Shown here: positions 1 through 12,700 of the stretch, one piece after another | Position numbering within the stretch: position 1 is the stretch's first letter | Layout of the letters: each line of letters starts with the position of its first letter | Origin: Phoronis australis | Taxonomy: Eukaryota; Animalia; Phoronida | Assembly (NCBI GenBank): GCA_002633005.1 | Contig: NMRA01000067.1 | Coordinates: 92,752-156,751 of the forward strand | Length of the DNA: 64,000 nucleotides | Direction of reading: 5' to 3' | The notes under the pieces: generated by a model | The model's database searches: none | Told to the model about the DNA's origin: nothing | The model's input: only the letters and a program-made list of their open reading frames with translations | Position numbers and translations under genes: made by a program

Positions 1-675
1 GGCCTACTTTCTTATTGCCAGCCAAGATTCATGACTCTTGCTGTGATTTGTAAACAGGGAATTGAGTTGACCTTGGCCTTTACTATACAGTTGCCAGTTG
101 TGGACCAGAGTCAACTCTATTGCTGGGATCTACAGATAATGCTCAGATAAGAGATGTATCATCCCTTGTCCTTTTGTAACTTTGTGAAGTGATAATAACT
201 GTTGTTATAATTCTGATAAGTTTCACGCATGCAATGTGTTGATCATTTTGCTTGCCTTACAAGAAGGTGCAGCCATTCCTTCTATTTTTACATTTAAAGA
301 AACCCTTAAGGCCAAACCAAGCATTAGTCGTCACTCGATAGAAGTCTAATGGGCTGTATGGGTCTTCAGTTTGAACTGTGTGCGATGAAATCTCACCAAT
401 TTTGAATAAAAATAATCGCACATTTTTTTTTCGAAGGCGCTCGGACACTGTTGTGAATGCCCATAATTCTTTAAAATATTGTCTGTTGGTAGCTATAGTT
501 AGAACCTGATACGGCAAAGCATCGTTTTGATGCTATGTAAAAAATTTCTGTAAAAACGAGAAATATTGTGTCCTGAATTGGTTAGATTTTTCCTTATCAG
601 TCTGTTGCGTGGTTGACTCTGACTATTGTTTACTCCTAGGATGACTGAAAGATGAGTTGATTGACACATCATGCA

Positions 676-794
676 ATGGTTAAGACTGATGATGAGCAGT
701 TCTGTTGCTGCGAGTATGTCAACGAGAAGAAAGAACGAACCACTCTACTAGCGTGTTGCTGTGACTGTGAGGCCGTGGACGACGCCTGTGACAG
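676..794 (+). CDS. ZDHHC23: ZDHHC23 coding exon 1 (Cys-rich N-terminus)
   Basis: MVKTDDEQFCCCEYVNEKKERTTLLACCCDCEAVDDACD(R). Probable acceptor ctcctAG at 638-639; donor GTgggt at 795. Confidence 0.92.
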
Positions 795-3700
795 GTGGGT
801 GGAGTCTTGTTTATGAGGCAGACCTGTTTACTGGGGCCAGTGCCCAGTTGCATGAAACAGTCCCAAATAGGGACTCGACTAAATTCCCTAAATCTGCTGC
901 GTATTTGTGTCTTTCTTTACACAGATCTCATCCTTTTCTATCATTTCATCTTTATTATTATATCCTCTTTAATTAATGATATTTTCTAATAATATAACAT
1001 AAAACTGAATCTGGAATTCCAGTGAACGTGAATAGGGACTTGTTCCTTAAATTAGGGGCGTTGCATGAAGAGATCCCTATTTATTTCCGATGATAATGAG
1101 AATTTAACCTAGAGTTCAGTCTTGAATTGTATCAAAGCCAAAAATTGACTTAGTAATGAAACTAAAACAAGATCAGAAAGGACAATCGGCATTTTCACTA
1201 GTCCACAAATCTGCAGTAGATTTAGGGAACTTATTTGAGTCCTTATTTGGAACTGTTTCATGCAACCGGGCACTGGAGTCTTATGTGCTCAAAACCACCA
1301 ATGCCATATCAAAACACCAAGAAAAAAGCCACCAGTTGATCAGCAAACACTTTGCGACGATATGTTAATTAGCTGATCTTGAGTCACAAACATTTATTGG
1401 TCGATACATACTACGTAGAATCGGGACCACCAATCACAGCACTAGTCGTCCTCCATTGTGTTTAGTGTGAAAAGTCGTCGGATATTGCTGTTCGTTTTGC
1501 GGTAGTTTATGGTGTAATACCAAAGAATGGTGAGTTGTTGCGCTTGTGGTGGTAGTGATAACGCGGTATTTGAGAAGTGCAGATATGGCATAAGTTTGTA
1601 CATGAAACTCACGTGTTGGTGGACATGACACACTGGCGCTGGGTGAGTTTTACGTCACACTCATGTCCGTGGCACTAATTAAAGTTGTTTTTCTTCCATT
1701 TCTTCTATTTTCTTGTTTTTTGGATATTGAATTGACGGTTGTGATACACAGTGCTGTAGAGGAAAATTTAATGATGGTGGCTATGCAGTCACCTGCCAAA
1801 ACAAAGTAAATGCTGGTTTTAAGCACTTTAAAGCTGTTTTTAAACGAGGAACAGTTGTCACAGTGCGAGATGTCACGGTGCGAGATGTCACGGTGAGATA
1901 TGCTCCTCGTCGCATTTACACGACGTAAGATCGCAAACTGGATCAGCGCGAGTCACTTACACAAAGATTGTCTGAGCATGCTCGCATACACAATAGCGGA
2001 ATGTCAGCGGATCACTCGTATAGGCTGCTGCGCTGTTCCATGTTAGTTGCTCTGTGACAGCTGTCTCCTGTGTAAATGCGACCTAAGTCACTTTCATGAA
2101 ACTGGGTGCTGGGATTGTTTCATGAAAAATGTGGTCCGTTGTCAGGATTAGGGGCAGGATGTTTGGTGACCTGTGGGTTGACCCTGATTAGCAGCTGTTA
2201 TGGACCATCACAGTGGTACAAGGCTATCAATAAGGACTTTATGTTTTGTTCCCAATTGGTTTATGGTAATCAATTAGTATGTGTTTGAATGGGGTCAACT
2301 GCAGGCAGTTCAGTGCCTAATGGTGTGTATGTATGTATGTATGTGTGTGTTTGGGTGGGTGTGTGGGTGGTCTTGTGTGGGTCCCAAGAGTTCCATAGAT
2401 ACATTAAATCCTATGTACCTACTTTGATTAATACAGTAACACAACACTACATTTATTCAGTTTCATCAAGTGCCCATCGTCAGACCAATATCATGTAATG
2501 ATTTTTCATATATGCTCCGTTCATTGTATCGTTTTATTAGGAAACCAAAGCAGTTTTCTAGTTGTTGTAGATAATGTAGGTGTTATCTCACCTCACCATG
2601 CTAGAGTACATATGTATCATGTCTGCAATAACTACAATATGACATCCACCCCATCCAGTTAAGAGTTGGTGTTAAGAGTACGTGTGTATCATGCCTACAG
2701 TAACTACAGTATCCTTGTGTCTGAAATGGTGACAGCTAAGTCTCTGCGTGTAGTAAATTGGTGTTAGGTAGCTAGCTTACTCCTGGTGTTGCCTAAGGTA
2801 TGCAGCTATCCCCAATCCAAAGCAATGACACCCACCTCATACTTTAATAGATTGTTATCTGATATGATGGTGTAGAATACAGTCAGTATAACAAACAGTT
2901 CCTGTTTACTTTTTCTGAACACTGGTGAGAAACAACATGACCACCGGTCTTCCAAATGGGACCAACTCACCCAAAACAGGATCTACGGCGATCAAGTGGG
3001 ACCGCCGCACCAGAATATGGGACTGACGCACCTAAATACATGACCTTCCCATCACTAAATAGAACCGTCGGAGACTGAACATGACCGCCGGACAAAATGT
3101 AGTTGTCAATGCCTTTTTGTGATACTGCAGATTATGACGTAACCGGTCAGCTAGCTGTGTAAAGACTATCCTCAAAGTACAGCTTGGTAGCACTCAGCGT
3201 GTTGAGCTCTGTTAGACCCCGGAATTTCCCACAACCCGGGTGGTTCTGCTCATAGCCTCGTCGTGAAACTTATATCAACATGTAGAGCTAGCGATGGGCA
3301 CAGGCATATACAAAATCTAGGAGTCAACCAACTCTCACCTTGCAGGTTGCAGCTGCTTGAGTGAACAACACTGTAATGATCGTCATTTCCTTGCATAATT
3401 CTTTGCCTATTGTGACACGTGCAAGCGCCATTTCCTAAAATTTTGCGACATCTTTCGTAAGATAATGATAACTTCACCATAGCATGATTTGTTCTGAAAT
3501 TCGGTTTGCAGGTATTAAAATACTAAAAACAACGACATGAAACCAGTTTCGATAATTTGTTGTGCCATGTACACAACCTCGTAGAAGAGAAGAACAGCTG
3601 ATTGAAGAATTGGGGAAAAAAGAAACTGGCCAATGAAAGCCGACCCAAAAAAGGCATCACAATTTGAGCAGCAGAATAACGGCAGAACCACAATTTTTCC

Positions 3701-6700
3701 CGAGCACCGATAATAATTCAGTTATTCAAGGAAGAGTATCGTTAATAACACTAATTATGCGAAGATTCTACTTGTTCAGTTTTTTACCCACATCGGCTGT
3801 ATACAGCTTTGCCGCACAAAGACTAGTCATGAGGATGCTTCACCCGAGAGCGGGAACGCCCGTTTTTTTCTAGACTAAAACGCCAAGTTGAAGAAAATGA
3901 ATTTCCTTTTATTCTAAAACTTATGCAGTAGATAAAATTACAATTATTTAGCTCAAAAGCGTGGTGCGTGGTTGGTTTGTGGTTACGTTTATTAATGTTA
4001 AATGTTGACCTTCTTTCAATTGTTTATAAGTCACAAACCGCAGCAGACCCTGGTGAAGTAAAACTCAAAAGCGCCGCGTTTTACAAAGTGAAGTGTCCTG
4101 TATCGCACAAAAGATTTTGGTGGATTAATCGGCGTAAGAGCTGCATATGCATATGTATGTTGCCCCATTGTATGATCTGTGTTGGTCTACAGTCCATTGA
4201 CCTGTTTGTCATTGCGGTTTCAATCCCCTGCGGTCATGTTCAGTCGCTGGCGGTCCTGTTTTTTAGTGGGGTGATCATGTTGTTAGGTGCGTCGGTCCCA
4301 TTTTCTGGTGTGATGGTCCCATTTGATCCCCGTAGGTCCTGTTTTGTGGTGAGTCAGTCCGATTTGGAGGACCGGCAGTCATGTTGTTTCTCACCCGTGC
4401 CCTTTTATTGGTGAAAAGCATCTCTGGGAAATAAGTATGGCATCAGTTTTATGTTGTAGGCTTTTTCGAAATCCATTGAATATGTTTTTAGATCATATAA
4501 GTTAAGAGCACCAGACTGGCAATGTGGAGACCTCTGGTTCGATTCCCAGTTGGGGTTCCTGATCTTTCTGGGTTTATTTGACATATTTCACTATTGGCCA
4601 ACATCAGGGTACTATTTATTGCATAAAACAAACACACACCAAACAGTTGCAAACAAAAGCAGAAACAGCTGGGCATTATATCTGGGTTATAGATATTATG
4701 CAGTTTTTGCAAATAAAAATCAAATGCAACTGACTATATAATTACAACTGAAATACAGTCATGAAGGCCTGATGATGCATTGTGATGAATAACTAAAAGA
4801 CATCTTGGCATAAATGAGATGCAAGCAATTAACACCATTCAGAATTATTTATTACAAGCAAAAAGAATTACACTAAGTACTTAAGAACTTACAAACATTT
4901 ATAAAAAGAAATTCTTAGTGGAAGTGTTCAAGATTGATTTTTGTTGGTAGTTAAACAAAAATTTTACTTTATGTCTAATAGTAGAAGGTGAAGATTTGTC
5001 CGTACTCTTGGATTACCATCAGAGGGAGAAGGTTGGGTTGTTAAAACTGTATAAATTTGTCAGGGTTTTAAAACTTTTTTAAAAAGATACCTCATCTTGA
5101 CGTGAACAGTACTATTTTGTGCTCACGATGTGCTATTCTTAGCATTGGGTCCAGGTAAGTGTTGTCTCAGTATTATGAAAGAAAGACTTGAAACTCAAGG
5201 CCGTCATTGCAGAAACTGGTTTTAACACATTTTAATTCCCATATTGTCAATATGTGAGGTAACGGTTGACATCCTGAATACTAGACTTTGATGGGGNTCG
5301 CCATATCGAAGACGGCGATTTTGAGGCCGTCAGTCGGCGAGTTTTCGCTCTGGGATTTCAGCACGATTTTCTGTAAAATGATCGTAATTTAGCAGCAAAG
5401 TTTGATAGCAATGCACAACAGTTTTGTTGGAAGTCTTTCATAGATTACAGATACGTCAGAGAACGTAAATTTGATGAATCTTAGCTTCCGATTTCACCCG
5501 TTTCGGAGACCGGGTTTCAACCGCCTAGGGTTATAATAAGCGCCCCCCTTGAACCGAACTTTTCTAAGCGCCCTGGGCGGTTATTACGGCGAATACAGTA
5601 TGCAGTTTTTGCAAATAAAAATCAAATGCAACTGACTATATAATTACAACTGAAATACAGTCATGAAGGCCTGATGATTCAGTGTGATGAATAACTAAAA
5701 GACATCTTGGCATAAATGAGATGCAAGCAATTAGCACCATTCAGAATTATTTATTACAAGCAAAAAGAATTACACTAAGTACTTAAGAACTTAAGTGTTC
5801 AAGATTGAAACTGCCGTTAAACAAAAATTTTACTTTATGTCTAATAGGTGAAGGTGAAGATTTGTCCGTTACTCTTGGATTACCATCAGAGGGAGAAGGT
5901 TGGGTTGTTAAAACTGTATAAATTTGTCAGGGTTTTAAAACTTTTCTAAAAAGATACCTCATCTTGACGTGAACAGTACTATTTTGTGCTCACGATGTGC
6001 TATTCTTAGCATTGGGTCCAGGTAAGTGTTGTCTCAGTATTATGAAAGAAAGACTTGAAACTCAAGGCCCTCAGTGCAGAAACTGGTTTTAACACATTTT
6101 AATTCCCATATTGTCAATATGTGAGGTAACGGTTGACATCCTGAATACTAGACTTTGATGGGGGAATTGCATATGATAGGAGCCCGTGTATCAAGCCAGC
6201 ACAATAACCTTGTCTTTTATATAGATCAAATAATTTTTAATAGATCAAACAATTTTTAATAGATCAAATAATTTTTAATAGATTAAACAATTTTTAATAA
6301 ATCAAATAATTTTTAATAGATTAAACAATTTTTAATAGATCAAATAATTTTTAATGGAGAAAAAATTAGCAGAAAATTATTTAACATTGTTATGCACTTT
6401 AAGGATGTCTTCTTATGGTCAGTTTGGGCCAACTGTGACTTAGCACAGCTGGAACCCTTGGTTGCTCCAGTAACAAAAAGTACAGCTTAGTAATGGTCAT
6501 CTCAAGGTGTTGAAGAACATTTGTAATTATCAGATTGGTATAAAATGTCACTCTATGGTGGAACAAAAGCGAGACACACTTCTGTGGGTTTATTGGTGTC
6601 TGACTTTTTTGAGTGTCTGAACATGTGTGGTGAAGGACAGTTAGTTGTGCTGTAGGATACCAAGATGTGTGTGAGTTTGTCCATGCGTAATTGTTTCATC

Positions 6701-9700
6701 GTTAAGCTTAAGTATGATAATTGATCTCGTGTGGTTTGTGCTGAACAGCTGTTAGCCAACAACACATTGAATTTTTGTAGCAAGATAATAGTTAGGTATT
6801 GGAAAATACTGAAATGGTGATTTTGGCAACCATTGTTGTGCAAAATAACATTGCTGTATATTTCTGCCTTGTATTTATCATGCAGCAAATGTTCCAAACT
6901 GTTTGACATGTATAACATCTTCAGTGTGTAATTCATTTCACCTCAGTCCACCCAGTTTGGTACTTTTCAGTGTTGAAATGTGAATTGTTGTCTGCTCATT
7001 TGCCATTACAGAGTAATGCGGTGTGGGCAGTTGGAGGGCAGCCATTGGGATCGTGTGTGGAACACTGTCAGCGACCGCCTGCGACTACCGTGGTATGGCG
7101 GCGCTGTACAAGCCCGTCTAGACATTGTCCTGCCCGTCTTGGTGGTCCCCACGGCCATCGTGGTGGCCAGCTCGAGTCCCACGGCCACCAAGGTGGTGCT
7201 GGTGATACTGCCAGTGCTAATGCTGGTTCTCTATCAGTGTTGGCGTAGAAGACAGAAACGGTACCGTTCACAATTCTTTTTCGCCTGGACTATGACGTCG
7301 GTGTGTACCGTCATCTACGTGTTTGGATTCACTATACTAGTGCAGCGTGAAGTGTTTATGTGGGAGTGTATGTTATTGCTGACGTTTGTGCTAGTCACGT
7401 TCTACTGTCTTTACCTTACCAAGCTGGGCCCGGGCGTCATACGGGCGCAGCGGAGGAGGCGTAACCGACGGAAACGGCTCAAGCACAATGGCGGCCAGAA
7501 TGGTTTCTTGAAGCATTCGGACCCGCAGGAGCACAGCGCTTGTGAGAGCAAGTCTTCAAATTGTTATGAAATGAGACTAAGAACGTTAAGTAGCGGAGAT
7601 GGCCTACGGGAAGACGAAGTGACGTGGGTGGACTCTAGGAGTTTTAAAGGTAAGCAATACTATGTTACTTCTGCCCTGACCCTGCCACAGAAAGGTTCAT
7701 GCTTGTTTACCATATGGTGCAAGAGAGAGATAAACCTGGAATCTCCTGAGTGACTAATGGTTATCTTGGTACATTAGCTCACTTCTCATTTACAGTGTTT
7801 GTTTCTCTGTGTTTCACTGTTGATAATGCTAGGTCATGCTTTATTGCCTCTGTATGGTCATGTAGAATTAAGAAATTGTAAAATTGTTTAGTCATGTCCA
7901 ATTGAGTGAGAACTGCGCCAGTTGGTTGGGTTAATTTTAGCCCCAGGCTATGGTACCCTATGCTGTTCATAGACAGCAACCACTGTATCTCCTTGCATAA
8001 CCTAAACCTTAATTCTATGGCCAGGGACAAGGAGAATCGGAATGGGACCTAACAAAGCCCAGCCAAATTAAAACTGATCTGTAGCAGGGTTAGCTCCGTG
8101 ATATGAGGGGAAGTGACAAAAATCCACCCTGCTTATCTCGTACTAAGTCTATTAACTCATCTCTTTTGAGATAAAAAATATGATCTATATACTGTTGAAT
8201 GTATTTTTAGCCATTTTCGTATTAATCAGTAAAGTTAATTTTTAGTGGGATTCAGGGCTTACAGTGATGTTTTGAGGAAATACCTTTAGTTATCTTTTGC
8301 AGTAGTAGGTGAGATGTGCAAAGGGGGGTGGGGATGTGGCAGGAGTGAGATGGGGTCTGTACATGTCTACTTCTAGCCATACAGGCATGCCTTAAATCGA
8401 AATATAACAGTAGTAGACATTGGCAGCCGTCTGATTGCTATGGGATAATGAAAAAATAAGACTGTGTTTTATTGTGTGTGCCTTCATCAAGCGAATCATG
8501 TCACTCTTGACTTGGGAACATTAGTAACTGACAGTAATCACCTTACCTATTGTTTATGTCGGTAATCCCTCTGGGAAGGGACCTCGTCATTTTTAATACA
8601 GTCATTCCTAAGGCCATTATGTTGAAAGCTCTTGCAATGTTGACATAAATCGCTGAGGTAAGCGTGAAGGTAGACAGACTCGAATATGAAAAGTTAATTG
8701 GAGTAATTGCTAGTGGAGGTGTTAATGTGACGTGCATTTGTGACATTTTGATCATAACTGTCATTGTCTGCAAGTAAAACAACTAGTCTCAGGGGCTTAT
8801 TGGAATTCAGCGCACGACTATATATCACATGCGGTTGATTCTTATGCTTTGTCCAGATTAAAGAAAAAGCCACCCCCTGCCAAGTGTACCGTTGTTTGAT
8901 TTATTTTCCGTCAAATGTAACATTTGTCATATCTAGTGGCTTGTCTTCAGTTCTGATCAATTAGTTGTCGGTGGAATACAGGCCATTTTTGTATTGAGCA
9001 GAAAATAAAGTCGGACTGATTAAGATTGCAGTCTTGGTTTTCGAGGTTAACTGAATGTGAAATTGGTTTTAGTCTTTCTACTCTCTCTTGCAATCTCATT
9101 ACACTCCGTATCTGTTTGGGTTGACATACAGGGCACATAAAAAATCAGGGTGTAAGCATGTGGCGCATTATAGTAAAGCAGACATTCGAATTTTTCAAAA
9201 TGCAGGTGTCGGTGGTGAGTACTTATAAGGTATGGCTGCACGCCATACCTCTGTTTGGACTTGTGCTCCAGGAAGTTACAAGCTGAGCTCATGTGTGCAT
9301 TCTGTCTGCAAGTGTATTGTGTTGGGGCTATGGATGAGAAACCATTGTTGAAGCTATTCTTGAGCAGGCATGTAGTCTGTATGTGCAGTGATGACTCATC
9401 CAGTGTATTCATACACTAGTATAGTGCAATACAGTAGCACTCCTATGTCTTTCATAATCCCAGTAGTTTTGCTAGAATTATTTCCCCTGATCTGCTGTGG
9501 TCCATGTAGTCAAGAATCCGAGAGAGTTGTAGCTCCCACTCGCAGGCCGGGATCAATGCTGTGAACTTTTATGGAGCTCCGAATCCCAGCAGATTTGTGT
9601 CCCAATGCAAAAACTTTTTTCTTAAAAAAATTTGCCTGAAAATATACTGGTAATATTTTGGATAGTGTCCACATAGAAACGGCACTAGCATTTGAATTTT

Positions 9701-12700
9701 CAGCCTCTAATGTTATGTAGGACCTTATCGATAAGTCTGCATTCTACTAAATATCTACAAAACTATAGAATTTAACTCACTAAAGTATATATTTTGGGAA
9801 AACAGAAATTCTATAGAATTTAATGTATTTACTTTATACCAATGAGTCACTTACACATGTCCTGTTAGTAAAATTTAGTGATACAGTCTTTGCAAAACAT
9901 TGGTATTGAAGACCAAATTTCGTTTGATATAGATGTTCAAGATGAAATATCAAAAAAGCAGTTTGTGTTTTCCAAGTTAGCTTTTCGTCCTCATTTCGTG
10001 TAACTTTTCACTATTTAAAAAACTAAAAGTCCTCTATTTTTGAGATATCCTCAGTGGAACACTTTGAAAACAATTCCTTGTAGGGTTTTGGGGAACAGTG
10101 GATAAAAAGTATTGGTTAGACTCATAACAATTCGTTCATCCAGTTTTGAGATTTGGTTTTCCGAAGTTAGCCAAATTTGGACAGTTGTAGATTGCTACAT
10201 AACCTTAAAAGAGAGCTGCTTATTCTGAAGACTTGTTAGTGTGGTGTTTGTCACCCTGTTTTAGTATATTGTAGTGCTGTGTAACCCAGGTGGGTTACAT
10301 GTTGAACCCATGCAAGTATGCTTAATTAAGTTGTACATAATGGCCGGACTATGTTGACATGGGTTATCGTTTAGCATGCTATCGCAATCTTTTAAGATTG
10401 CATTATTGTGTGTTGCTTAAGACCAGAAGCTTATCTATACAGGCAATGCATCGATTATTCTAAAGCATTTAATTTAGGTACCTTTGTTTAGGTTGATATC
10501 CTCGATGTGGGACAGAGATGCTAAATTTGGCATTTTTGCATTCAATATAAGAGCAGGCTGTCTAGCCTTCGTAGCATAAACTGTACTTGTAGATATCTAG
10601 CCTGGTTTCGTTTCGGCTGCTAAGCTTGTAGGCAGCTTTTGTTTAACTAAAATATAGCCAAGTTTTTTCCCTGTGTTGAAAACCTACTGAGTTGTTTACT
10701 GTACTTTAAAAAGGCTGTTGATAATGAACATATGTTGTTTGGCTATTATTTTGTACAGTGTCAATTAGCAACTTCTTTGCAGTCTAATTAACGTATCGTA
10801 TCGTGTATGGGTAGTATAGGAAGACAAGTGTAGTCTGTAGAATAGATTTGCGTGTCTGAGCTGAGCATTCACTATCGAACTAATGTGTCGGTGTAGTATA
10901 AGCCGAGATTGCCCTCATGGAAGTGTTGTCATTACCTAGCGCCTTCAACATGGTAATGAAATTACGGTCAAAGTTCTCCAGTTTGGGACAGTGAAAAATA
11001 ATCGTTTTGCTTAAGGTTGTAGCTTGTACCAAATTTGAGAAATTGACATTATCGGGCATCTTAAATCCAAGGCCACTGGCAGCAGTTTTTGCTGATGTGT
11101 AAAAGATCAGTGTTGCTTTTTATTCACTTACAAATTTATTTTCAGACCTTGTTATGCAGAAACACTCAATTTGAGGGGTACGATACATGCAAAAATCACT
11201 CATGTCTCAAATTTCATATTGAGAAAATTCAGTTTCAGCTTAGATTTTGGTTTCCCAATCCCAAATTTTTGAGACTGTCCAAAACAGGAGAATTTTTTAA
11301 CATAACAGACAATTATATTATCGAGTTGACCATTATGTGCCCTCAGAGGGTGGGCCAGTCTTTGCTGGTAGCCTACATGATGTACTGGGTTTCACAAATT
11401 TCTAACATAGGACAAAATGTTTTGAAGGTGGTAAATTTGTGATTGAAATGTTGCTTAAACTTAGATGAAAGTGCAGTCTCATGTATATGACCTGCAGTTA
11501 GCTGTTTTGACCAAACACTAATCGCTGTGTAACGGGGTTAGCAGACAAAGTCACACATTAAAGTGCCCCATAAAAATCTAATTGAAAAGGACGGAAGTTA
11601 CTTGTGTGACCCAAAGATCATCCTAATTATAATAGCTGAATTTCAAAATAGCCACGCTGTACTGTCAGACGGCGATCAGGTCCTTGGTGGACAAGTGTAC
11701 AGTGCCACCCACAGATCCCTTGTAATGCAGACGGGGGTTTTAACTATCTAGTATAAGAAGCATGGTAACAGTTTTCCTGCTATTATAATGCCGATAAATT
11801 TCCTCTATTCTGGTGTGGGATGTACTAATGTCTTAGGAAAAAAGGCAAACCTTTTGAAATATCATCGGATAAACAAGAACAACGTGCTTCATACATTTCC
11901 CAATGCCGGTGAAGAAACATCTTCGACAAAGCCAGTATCTGCTGCTGATAAAGTGGGAGAATTTTGATCCCAGTCGGTGTCAAAAAGACGAAATGAATTA
12001 GTGTTAAACTAACCAAACAATGGGAGGGACTGGCAGTGGAATTTATTTCTCTGCTTTTAATTCAACGGACCACTCTGTGGTAATTGAATTTCTGTCCACC
12101 AAATCTCATTCAGGATCAACCGGAAGTCACTTTCTTGGTCTCGTTATTCTAGAGAGCGCAATATGAAAAGTCCTCTATTCTTCACTTATTCATCTCACAG
12201 TATGGCGGACAAGTGAAATTGTATGGTGTCAGATTTCGTGACAATTTTAGTCTATTGGTATCCTGGTCTGTATTTTGTTGCCGCCTTAAAGCAACTTATG
12301 GTAAAGTTTCCTTTATATGCAGCCCAGTAACTAGCCTTTGATAATGAATAAATGAAAATTCTGACAATTTTTTTCTGCCATTTACTGGGAATTTACTATT
12401 TGACTATGCAATATACCAGGGTTGCAAAAACACGAAACGGAAATTAACAATTATTAAGTGACAATTGTTTTTATGCAAAATAAGTGTAAAATTGCGGTAT
12501 GCAATGTCAACATGCCAGTAGTCAGCTGTTATTGTATACATGACTTATAGTAGTGAGTCAGTAACACCTCTTTTATTTTCAGATGGTCTACTAGTGACAT
12601 GGTGTAATATATGCAATGTCAACATGCCAGCCCGGTCACATCACTGCAGCGTATGCAATGTGTGCGTCTCAGAACGAGACCATCATTGCGTATGGTAAGT

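Noticed and set aside
1411-1648. Possible alternative first exon of ZDHHC23 ending at GTGAGT 1643
   Set aside because: The nearest ATG (1625) gives phase 0 but the next exon needs phase 2. There is no other support without transcripts.
3968-4414. 148-aa hydrophobic ORF
   Set aside because: It has a non-ATG start, overlaps the right TIR of the 2920-4399 element, and shows no recognisable transposase or other motif.
4489-4555. Functional tRNA gene
   Set aside because: The acceptor and D stems are broken and the apparent GGC anticodon is atypical for eukaryotes; kept only as a SINE-like relic.
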